From: Gammaproteobacteria bacterium
GTDB taxonomy: Bacteria; Pseudomonadota; Gammaproteobacteria; Steroidobacterales; Steroidobacteraceae
NCBI GenBank assembly: GCA_010031985.1
Contig: RGYP01000001.1
Location: forward strand, 1-38,458
Length of the DNA: 38,458 nt
Reading direction: 5' to 3'
The notes under the pieces were generated by a model, which saw nothing but the letters and a program-made list of their open reading frames with translations, was not told the DNA's origin and made no database searches. The translations under genes and the position numbers were made by a program. Below, piece by piece: positions 9,250 to 16,366 of the stretch (within the stretch, counting starts at the first letter, position 1; every line of letters starts with the position of its first letter).

Positions 9250-9812
9250 GCGACGGCAGCAGTCTGACGAATCATCTGCTGGTGGCGATGCCCTCGCTCG
9301 CCGACCCCGAGTTCTCGCAAACCGTGACGCTGGTCTGCGAGCACAGTCGCGAGCGCGGTGCTCTCGGTATCGTGATCAACAAACCACTGTCGATGACGCT
9401 GGGCGAAATTTTTGAACAAATGAAACTCGAAACGAGCGATGCGGAACTCGCCGCACGCACCGTGCTGCGCGGCGGCCCCGTGCATCGCGATCGCGGTTTC
9501 GTCCTGCACCGGCCGGGCGGTCGCTGGGATTCCTCGCACGCCGTGTCCGAGCAGATCCACGTCACCACCTCGCGCGACGTGCTCGCCGCCATGGCGCGGG
9601 GCGAAGGCCCACCCGACGCCTTCATCGCGCTGGGCTACGCGGGCTGGGAGGTCGGCCAGCTCGAGCAGGAAATGCGGGATAACGCGTGGATCTCGTTGCC
9701 GGTCGACGAGCGCATACTCTTCGGCATGCCGTTCGAGGATCGCTGGCATGCCGTTTGGCGGCAACTCGGCATCGACATCGGTCGCATGAGTCATGTCGCA
9801 GGGCACGCCTGA
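9246..9812 (+). CDS. algH: YqgE/AlgH family protein (UPF0301)
   Basis: LLVAMPSLADPEFSQTVTLVCEHSRERGALGIVINKP and GGPV..DRGFVLH. ATGA overlap with the gshB stop. Position matches the conserved gshB-yqgE-yqgF order. Confidence 0.85.
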   Translation: MSDGSSLTNHLLVAMPSLADPEFSQTVTLVCEHSRERGALGIVINKPLSMTLGEIFEQMKLETSDAELAARTVLRGGPVHRDRGFVLHRPGGRWDSSHAVSEQIHVTTSRDVLAAMARGEGPPDAFIALGYAGWEVGQLEQEMRDNAWISLPVDERILFGMPFEDRWHAVWRQLGIDIGRMSHVAGHA

Positions 9813-10257
9813 TCAGGAATTCCGCATCCCCGAGGTCGTGCTGGCCTTCGATTTCGGGATGCGTCGCATAGGCATCGCGGTCGGCGATACGCTGACCCGC
9901 ACGGCGCGTCCGCTCGCCGCGCTGGTGCGTAGCGCGCCGAACATCAGCGAAACCGAATGGCGTGCCCTCGAAGCCGAGGCCATCAAAGTGGGCGCGCGGC
10001 AACTCGTGGTCGGCTGCCCATATAATGTCGATGGGTCGTCGAGCGTGATGACCGAGCGTTCGACGGCCTTCGCCAAAGCGCTCGGCAGCCGACTCAAGCT
10101 GCCCGTACACATGGTCGACGAGCGCTACTCATCGCTCGAGGCCGAGGCGGCGCTGCGTGATCGGCGCAGCGCCGGCGAGCGCAAGCGCTACGATCGGGCT
10201 GCGATCGACAGCGCTGCGGCGACCGTGATTCTCGAACGCTGGCTTGGCGGCGAATGA
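9793..10257 (+). CDS. ruvX: Holliday-junction resolvase-like nuclease RuvX (YqgF)
   Basis: VLAFDFGMRRIGIAVGD, plus DERYSSLEAE near the C-terminus. The ATG at 9793 overlaps algH by 20 nt. A later GTG start cannot be excluded. Confidence 0.85.
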   Translation: MSQGTPDQEFRIPEVVLAFDFGMRRIGIAVGDTLTRTARPLAALVRSAPNISETEWRALEAEAIKVGARQLVVGCPYNVDGSSSVMTERSTAFAKALGSRLKLPVHMVDERYSSLEAEAALRDRRSAGERKRYDRAAIDSAAATVILERWLGGE

Positions 10258-10294
10258 CGCGCAAAGTCGATACTGCAGGACGCAAACGCTGAAC

Positions 10295-11272
10295 ATGGTC
10301 GAAACCCAGCACTCATCGCTCGCCACGCAGCTGCGCGCCGACGGCTCTTTGCGTCATCTGCTCACACTCGATGGATTACCGCAGCCCCTGCTCTCTCGGT
10401 TACTCGAACGCGCCCAGCATTTTTCGACTCCCGCATCGGCTCCCGCGGCACGCAGCACCGGGCTTGCCGGCAAAACCGTAGCCGTGATGTTCGCCGAACC
10501 CTCGACACGCACGCGTGTCTCTTTCGAACTCGCTGCGCATCGGCTCGGCGCCGATGTAGTCAACATCGAAGTGCAGTTGTCGTCGCGACTCAAGGGCGAG
10601 AGCATCCTCGATACCGTAGCCACGCTGGAGTCGATGCAGGTCGATGCCTTCGTGTTGCGTGACGCCGACGCCTCGGTCCCCGATCTCGTGGCGCGGCACG
10701 TCGGCGATCGGGTCAGCGTGTTGTCGGGCGGGGCAGGCGGTTACTCGCATCCGACGCAGGGTCTGCTCGATGCGCTGACCGTGCGCCAACACAAAGGTCG
10801 CATCGAGGGTTTGCGCATCGCCATCGTCGGCGACATTCGCCACTCACGCGTCGCGCGCTCGGCATGGCAGGCCTTTGCGGCCTTCGGTGCCCGCGAAATC
10901 CGTATCGTCGCACCGGCGGCACTCATGCCCGACGCCAAGGAATTCGCGGGTTGTCTGCGGCACGGGTCGCTCGAATCCGGCATCGCCGACTGCGATGTCG
11001 TGATGATGCTGCGCATCCAGAAAGAACGCATGAGCGCCGCGGCCATTCCCGATGAAGCCGCCTACTTCGCCGAATGGGGCCTCACGCAGCAACGGCTGCG
11101 CAGCGCCCGTGGCGATGCCATCGTCATGCATCCGCAACCGATGAATCGCGGCGTGGAAATCGCCTCGGATGTCGCCGATGGTCCACAATCGGTGATCCGC
11201 GATCAGGTCCGAAACGGCGTCGCCGTTCGTATGGCCGTGCTCGAAGAAACTTTGGGCGGAGTGCATTCATGA
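10295..11272 (+). CDS. pyrB: Aspartate carbamoyltransferase catalytic chain
   Basis: ORF 10244..11272, trimmed to the ATG at 10295. Motifs FAEPSTRTRVSFE, HPTQGLLD and MHPQPMNRGVEI. Confidence 0.9.
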   Translation: MVETQHSSLATQLRADGSLRHLLTLDGLPQPLLSRLLERAQHFSTPASAPAARSTGLAGKTVAVMFAEPSTRTRVSFELAAHRLGADVVNIEVQLSSRLKGESILDTVATLESMQVDAFVLRDADASVPDLVARHVGDRVSVLSGGAGGYSHPTQGLLDALTVRQHKGRIEGLRIAIVGDIRHSRVARSAWQAFAAFGAREIRIVAPAALMPDAKEFAGCLRHGSLESGIADCDVVMMLRIQKERMSAAAIPDEAAYFAEWGLTQQRLRSARGDAIVMHPQPMNRGVEIASDVADGPQSVIRDQVRNGVAVRMAVLEETLGGVHS

Positions 11273-12150
11273 AACCCGCGCATCGCGGCAGCATTTGTCT
11301 CGAAGATGGCAAGATCCTCGCGCAGCAAGCCTTTGCCGGCGAGCAGTACATCGTGCGCATCGAGGCGCCGAAGTGCGCTGCGCGCGCGCAGCCCGGCAGC
11401 TTTGCGCATCTTTCGGTCGACGACGACATCCCGATGCGCCGGCCGTTGTCGATCATGCGTGTCGATGCGCGCGCAGGCTGGATCGAAATTCTGTACAAGA
11501 TCGTCGGCCCCGGTCTCGCGGCGCTCGCAAGGCGGCGAGTCGGCGAGGTGCTCTCGGTGCTCGGGCCCATCGGGCGCGGCTTCGAGCCCACGCCCGCAAA
11601 ACCCAGACCCCTGTTGATCGGTGGCGGGGTCGGCATTCCGCCGATGGTATTTCTCGCCGAGATGCTCAGCACCGATACACGCGCCCGCTGGCAGCCGCTC
11701 GTGCTGATGGGCTCGGAGATTCCGTTTCCGTTCCAGAGTCGCCCATCGACTATTCTGGTGCCCGGCATTCCTCACGGCGTGATCGCTGCGATGCCCCTGC
11801 TCGATGCCTGGAGCGTACCCTCGAGGCTGGCGAGTCGCAGTGGCTTCCCCGGGTGTTTCGATGGCTTCGTCACCGAGCTGGCCGCGGCGTGGCTGGGCTC
11901 GCTCGATGAGGCCGCCCGCGCCGAAGTCGAAATCTTTGCCTGCGGCCCGACGCCGATGCTCGAAGCAACGGCCAAGCTTGCTGCGCGCTTCGGCCTGCCC
12001 TGTCAGGTATCGCTCGAAGAATTCATGGCATGTGCCGTCGGTGGATGCGCCGGCTGTGCAGTACGCGTGAAAACCTCCGCGGGCCCGGCCATGAAGCGGG
12101 TCTGCGTCGACGGCCCCGTATTCGACGGTTACGCCGTCTTCGACGTTTGA
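11269..12150 (+). CDS. PyrK-like FAD/NAD(P)-binding [2Fe-2S] oxidoreductase (dihydroorotate dehydrogenase electron-transfer-subunit family)
   Basis: ORF 11074..12150, trimmed to the ATG at 11269, which forms an ATGA overlap with the pyrB stop. Flavin motif RRPLSIM, nucleotide-binding LLIGGGVGIPPM, and the C-terminal cluster motif CAVGGCAGC...VCVDGPVF. Confidence 0.75.
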   Translation: MKPAHRGSICLEDGKILAQQAFAGEQYIVRIEAPKCAARAQPGSFAHLSVDDDIPMRRPLSIMRVDARAGWIEILYKIVGPGLAALARRRVGEVLSVLGPIGRGFEPTPAKPRPLLIGGGVGIPPMVFLAEMLSTDTRARWQPLVLMGSEIPFPFQSRPSTILVPGIPHGVIAAMPLLDAWSVPSRLASRSGFPGCFDGFVTELAAAWLGSLDEAARAEVEIFACGPTPMLEATAKLAARFGLPCQVSLEEFMACAVGGCAGCAVRVKTSAGPAMKRVCVDGPVFDGYAVFDV

Positions 12151-12163
12151 GCTCGCGGCCATC

Positions 12164-12871
12164 GTGAGCACGGCTGCAGCCTCGCCCGCGGCACGGCTGG
12201 CCTCGGTCCGCGCGCGGATCGCGGCCGCCGCCGCACAGGCGGGCCGAGCGACCGAATCGATCACGCTCATCGGCGTCAGCAAGCTGCAAACGGCTGCTGC
12301 GGTCGCCGCACTCGCCGATATCGGCCAACGGGATTTCGGCGAAAACTATCTGCAAGAGGCCATCGACAAAATCGAAGCGCTACGTGATCGCGCCCTGACC
12401 TGGCATTTCATCGGTCAGCTGCAAACCAACAAAACCCGACCCGTCGCCGAAAATTTTGACTGGGTACACACCGTCGATCGTTTGAAGATCGCGACCCGGC
12501 TGTCTGAACAAAGACCCTTTCACGCTCCGCCGCTCTCGGTGTGCGTACAAGTGAAGCTCGGCGACGAGGCGACCAAGGGCGGCGTTTCGCCCGCCGAATT
12601 ACCGGCGCTGCTGGATGCCATCGCCATGCTGCCACGGCTGCAACTGCGCGGTCTCATGGCCCTGCCGCCCCCGGAATCGACCGCCCTCCGCCAACGCCAC
12701 TGGTTCGCCGAGCTGCGCCGGCTGCTCGAAGAGGCGCGGCAGCGCCACCCGACGCTCGATACGCTCTCGATGGGCATGAGCAACGATCTCGAGGCTGCGA
12801 TCCTCGAGGGTGCCACCCAGATCCGCATCGGCACCGCGCTGTTCGGCGAGCGACTACAATCAATGGCATGA
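12164..12871 (+). CDS. yggS: YggS-family pyridoxal-phosphate homeostasis protein
   Basis: GTG start. Motifs LIGVSKLQ, FGENYLQEA, WHFIGQLQTNK and LSMGMSNDLEAAI. Confidence 0.85.
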   Translation: MSTAAASPAARLASVRARIAAAAAQAGRATESITLIGVSKLQTAAAVAALADIGQRDFGENYLQEAIDKIEALRDRALTWHFIGQLQTNKTRPVAENFDWVHTVDRLKIATRLSEQRPFHAPPLSVCVQVKLGDEATKGGVSPAELPALLDAIAMLPRLQLRGLMALPPPESTALRQRHWFAELRRLLEEARQRHPTLDTLSMGMSNDLEAAILEGATQIRIGTALFGERLQSMA

Positions 12872-13707
12872 CGGCACCCGATCTCGGTAGGGGCATCGTT
12901 TTTCTGGGCGGCGGCAACATGGGTCGCGCGCTCATCGCCGCCTTGTTGCGCGCCGGCGCCAACCCGTCGCTCATCCGGGCGATCGAGTCACATCCGCCCA
13001 CTGCGCAAGCGCTCGTTGCCGATTACGGCATCGAAACCGCGACGGATACGAGCGTGGTCGGCTCGCGCATCGACACTCTGGTGCTGGCCGTGAAACCTCA
13101 AGACATGGCCCGCGCGCTGCAACCGCTGCACGCCCTCCTCCAACGCGAACGTCCGCTCGTCATCTCAGTCGCGGCAGGGCTCTCGGTGCAGCAACTGCAG
13201 CACTGGTGCGGGACCGACGTCCCCGTCGTGCGCGCGATGCCGAATCGCCCGGCGCTCGAGGGCGTGGGTGCGACGGGCCTGTTCGCGCCTGCCTGGGTCG
13301 CGACCACCCTGCGCGAGCGCGCCGCGTCCATTCTGGCCACCGCGGGCATCGTGGTCTCTGTCGATGACGAATCACTGATGGATGTCGTCACCGCCGTCTC
13401 GGGCAGCGGTCCCGCCTATTTTTTCCGTTTCGCCGAAGCCCTTGCAGCAGCCGGCATCGCCGCGGGTCTGTCGCCGGCGGCAGCGACGGAGTTGGCTCGC
13501 GCGACGCTGCACGGCGCAGGTCGCATGGCTGAGCCGGGTGCCGACCTCGCGGCGCTGCGTGAGTCGGTCACCTCCAAAGGTGGCACGACTGCGGCTGCAC
13601 TGGCATCTTTCAGCGATCAGGATCTCGAGCGCGTCGTCGCTGCGGCGGTCACCGCCGCCGTGCGTCGCGGTCGTGAACTCTCGAGTCAAGCTGCCGCAGG
13701 AGGCTGA
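12868..13707 (+). CDS. proC: Pyrroline-5-carboxylate reductase
   Basis: ORF 12541..13707, trimmed to the ATG at 12868 (ATGA overlap with the yggS stop). Motifs IVFLGGGNMGRALI, AVKPQDM, RAMPNRPA and SKGGTTAAAL. Confidence 0.9.
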   Translation: MTAPDLGRGIVFLGGGNMGRALIAALLRAGANPSLIRAIESHPPTAQALVADYGIETATDTSVVGSRIDTLVLAVKPQDMARALQPLHALLQRERPLVISVAAGLSVQQLQHWCGTDVPVVRAMPNRPALEGVGATGLFAPAWVATTLRERAASILATAGIVVSVDDESLMDVVTAVSGSGPAYFFRFAEALAAAGIAAGLSPAAATELARATLHGAGRMAEPGADLAALRESVTSKGGTTAAALASFSDQDLERVVAAAVTAAVRRGRELSSQAAAGG

Positions 13708-13709
13708 CG

Positions 13710-14240
13710 GTGCATCAGGTCGTGTTGTTTTTGGCCGAAACTTTCTTCTCGCTGCTGCTGTACGTATTCCTGTTGCGACTCCTGCTGCAATGGGCGCGAG
13801 CGAATTTCCGCAACCCCATCGCCGAATCCATGGTCCGTTTGAGCAACTGGCTGATCATGCCCTTGCGACGGGTTTTGCCCCCGATCGGGCGAATCGACAC
13901 GGCCTCGGTGATCGCGGTGTACGCCGTAGCGCTGGTGCAAACCGCTGCACTCAGCGTGATTTTGGTCGGTACGCTGCCCGATGCACTACCTTGGATGCTT
14001 GCCGCGGCCATCGAACTGCTGCGCTCGGCTTTGTGGCTCTATTTCTGGGCGATTTTCATCTATGCGCTCGCTTCGATGATCGCCCCCGGGGTCCGCTCAC
14101 CGCTGCAAGACTTGCTCGAATCGCTGTGCGAACCGGTGCTCGAACGCATCCGCAGCGCCGTTCCGGCCATCGGTGGACTCGATCTATCACCGATGTGGGC
14201 GGGAATCATCATCCAGGTGTTGCTGATCCTCATTCGCTGA
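13710..14240 (+). CDS. yggT: YggT family membrane protein
   Basis: Hydrophobic protein with LLLYVFLLRLLLQW...NP and a second related half. Position after yggS-proC matches the conserved order. Confidence 0.8.
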   Translation: MHQVVLFLAETFFSLLLYVFLLRLLLQWARANFRNPIAESMVRLSNWLIMPLRRVLPPIGRIDTASVIAVYAVALVQTAALSVILVGTLPDALPWMLAAAIELLRSALWLYFWAIFIYALASMIAPGVRSPLQDLLESLCEPVLERIRSAVPAIGGLDLSPMWAGIIIQVLLILIR

Positions 14241-14319
14241 TTCTTCAACGCCTGTCGCGTGGCCTTGACGTATCGCTGAAAAAAACCCGTTTTTTCCCCC
14301 TTAATTTCGCAAAAAGTGT

Positions 14320-14347
14320 TTGCTACTGAACGCGCGTGTGCTATTTT
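14320..14347 (+). promoter_or_regulatory. Putative sigma70 promoter for the HU-family gene
   Basis: TTGCTA (14320-14325), a 16-nt spacer, then TATTTT (14342-14347). AGGAG lies at 14395-14399, 9 nt before the ATG at 14409. Motif-level call only. Confidence 0.3.
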
Positions 14348-14408
14348 TCCGAGCGTTTCGCAATGCGCAAAAAAGCGCAAAAACCCATAAATTCAGGAGT
14401 ATTCCAAG

Positions 14409-14720
14409 ATGGCGAAAAAGGGTGGTCCTCCGACCAAGTCGGAAATCCTCAACCAGATCGCGAAGGAAACGTCCCTGTCACGCAAGAACGTGTCAGCGGT
14501 GTTCGAGTCCCTCAATGGCGTGATCAAGAAGAGCCTGCGTGCGAACGGTCTGTTCACGCTGCCTGGTCTTGCCAAGCTGAAGGTCGTCAAGAAGCCCGCC
14601 ACCAAGGCGCGTGAAGGCGTCAACCCCTTCACCGGCGAGAAGATGATGTTCAAGGCGAAGCCGGCCTCGAAGAAGGTTCGTGCGATGCCGCTCAAGAATC
14701 TGAAGAACATGGTCAACTGA
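14409..14720 (+). CDS. HU-family DNA-binding protein
   Basis: KSEILNQIAKETSLSRKNVSAVFESLNGVIKKSL, then the arm FTLPGLAKLKVVKKPATKAREGVNPFTGEKMMFKAKPASKKVRAMPLKNLK, which is colinear with HU/IHF (R..RNP.TGE). Strong SD sequence and a strong terminator. Confidence 0.85.
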   Translation: MAKKGGPPTKSEILNQIAKETSLSRKNVSAVFESLNGVIKKSLRANGLFTLPGLAKLKVVKKPATKAREGVNPFTGEKMMFKAKPASKKVRAMPLKNLKNMVN

Positions 14721-14742
14721 TCATCTCTTCGAAAAGAGCTTG

Positions 14743-14781
14743 AAAAAAAGGCCCGGGACGCTCAGCGCCCCGGGCCTTTTT
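14743..14781. terminator. Bidirectional intrinsic terminator between the HU gene (+) and the cpxP-like gene (-)
   Basis: aaaaaaAGGCCCGGGacgctcagcgcCCCGGGCCTttttt. A 9-bp GC stem (14749-14757 pairing with 14769-14777) is flanked by an A-run and a T-run. Confidence 0.8.
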
Positions 14782-14816
14782 CATTCTGCGTCTTGTTGGT
14801 CTTATCGAGTGATTGA

Positions 14817-15482
14817 TCAGCTCGGATTGAGCTCGTCCTGCAGGAAAAACACCCGCGGTCGATCGCCACCCGGACCTTTGCCGCGTTCCTTCATCTGCTT
14901 CATGCGCTGCTGCATACGATCACGCATCTTGTCGGCCTTGGCACGCTGCTCGGGGGTGAGCACCTGCCACACCTTGCTGCGCAGATCGGCGCTCTGCTGT
15001 ACGAGGCGCGCGCTCATCTCGCCGATTTTTTTGGCAGACGCCGCGCTGTCGCTTGCGTACTTGGTATCGGAGGGTGTCAGTTCACGCAGCCGTCGGGTCT
15101 CGGCGGTTATGTCGCGGGCGAGCTTACGCATTTCAGGACGTACGGTGGCCATGATCTCGGTGATCTTGCCGAGCTGCTGCGGCGTGAGATCGAGCGCCTT
15201 GACCATGCGCTCGACGGGGCGCGGATCGATCCCGAGCGCTTCAATGATGCCGCCCCGACCCATACCGCCGTGACCATTACGCATGTGCGGCATGCCACCC
15301 GGGCCTTCGTCACCACGGATGATGATGCGCCGCATCTCGCGGCGTTCCGGACCGGCACCCTCCATCCCGGGACCACCCGTACCCGGACCACCCATGCCAG
15401 GAACGGGCGGCGGCGGCATCTGGCCAAAGGCGCCAGCCGAGCCGAAAAAGGCCAGCGCCGCAACAACACCGAGGTATTTCAT
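14817..15482 (-). CDS. cpxP: Periplasmic Spy/CpxP-family chaperone-like protein with a Gly/Pro/Met/His-rich N-terminal extension
   Basis: ORF 14817..15629, trimmed to the ATG at 15482 (MKYLGVVAALAFFGSAGAFG signal peptide, GGAG 8 nt upstream). Two LTxxQ motifs (LDLTPQQL, VLTPEQR). Divergent from a CpxR-like gene. Confidence 0.75.
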   Translation of the reverse strand: MKYLGVVAALAFFGSAGAFGQMPPPPVPGMGGPGTGGPGMEGAGPERREMRRIIIRGDEGPGGMPHMRNGHGGMGRGGIIEALGIDPRPVERMVKALDLTPQQLGKITEIMATVRPEMRKLARDITAETRRLRELTPSDTKYASDSAASAKKIGEMSARLVQQSADLRSKVWQVLTPEQRAKADKMRDRMQQRMKQMKERGKGPGGDRPRVFFLQDELNPS

Positions 15483-15560
15483 CGCCGTGCTCCAAGAGAA
15501 AAGACGCCTGCATCGTCGCCGATTTGGACCCTCCCTGTCCGCCAAGTTTCCCAAAAGGTC

Positions 15561-15577
15561 TGCAAAGTTCTGCAAAG
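15561..15577. promoter_or_regulatory. Candidate CpxR box (tandem pentamers) in the cpxP<>cpxR intergenic region
   Basis: tGCAAAgttctGCAAAg, that is GCAAA-N5-GCAAA, compared with the E. coli CpxR consensus GTAAA-N5-GTAAA. It lies 79 nt from the cpxP-like start and 52 nt from the cpxR start. Confidence 0.4.
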
Positions 15578-15628
15578 CGTAGTGGCCCGGGCTGACAAAA
15601 CTGGCGGTTCGTCGCACCATCGCGGCCA

Positions 15629-16345
15629 ATGTCCGCCGGAATCTTGATCGTCGATGACGATCGTGACCTCTCCTCGATGCTCGCCGAATTCCTCGGCCAC
15701 GAGGGCTTTCAGGTCGCGACTATCGAAGAGGGCGGCGGCGCACTCGGACTGATCGCGGAGCGCCCTTTCGATCTCGTCATCCTCGATGTCATGCTGCCGG
15801 GCAGCAGCGGTTTCGACGTACTGCGTGAAATCCGCCAAAGAAAACCACGCCTACCGGTACTGATGTTGACCGCCCGCGGCGAGGCCATCGATCGCATCTT
15901 GGGCCTCGAGCTCGGTGCCGACGATTACCTGCCCAAGCCTTTCGATCCGCGGGAACTGGCTGCACGAGTCCGCGCGATCTTGCGACGGGCGGCGACCGTT
16001 GGCGACAACACGCAGAGCTCGGAGAGCGCCGACAGCTTTTTCGTCGGCACCTTGAGGATGGACATCCGTCGACGCCGCGCCACGCTTGGCGGTGCCCCAC
16101 TCGAACTCACGGGCGCCGAATTTCGCGTGCTGCAGCATCTGGCTGAGTCGCGAGGCCAACCGGTCGATCGCCGACTGCTGACCGAACGGGCGCTTGGGCG
16201 CACACTCACGCTCTATGATCGGAGCATCGATACTCACGTCAGCAATCTGCGGCGCAAACTCGAGCGGCAGGGTCGAAGTGGCTTCGAGATCCGCTCCGTT
16301 CGCGGCACGGGCTACGAACTCATCGAGACCGAGTCGGCCTCCTGA
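15629..16345 (+). CDS. cpxR: OmpR-family response regulator, CpxR-like
   Basis: [14 protein letters not shown]..., and [42 protein letters not shown] is near-colinear with E. coli CpxR ([42 protein letters not shown]). Winged-helix C-terminus. Confidence 0.85.
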   Translation: [238 protein letters not shown]

Positions 16346-16366
16346 AGCCTTGCCGAGCGCGACAGC

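Noticed and set aside
14274-14300. gaaaaaaacccgttttttc hairpin as a terminator for yggT
   Set aside because: The stem is purely A:T, so its stability is very low. More likely it is part of the A-tract promoter architecture.
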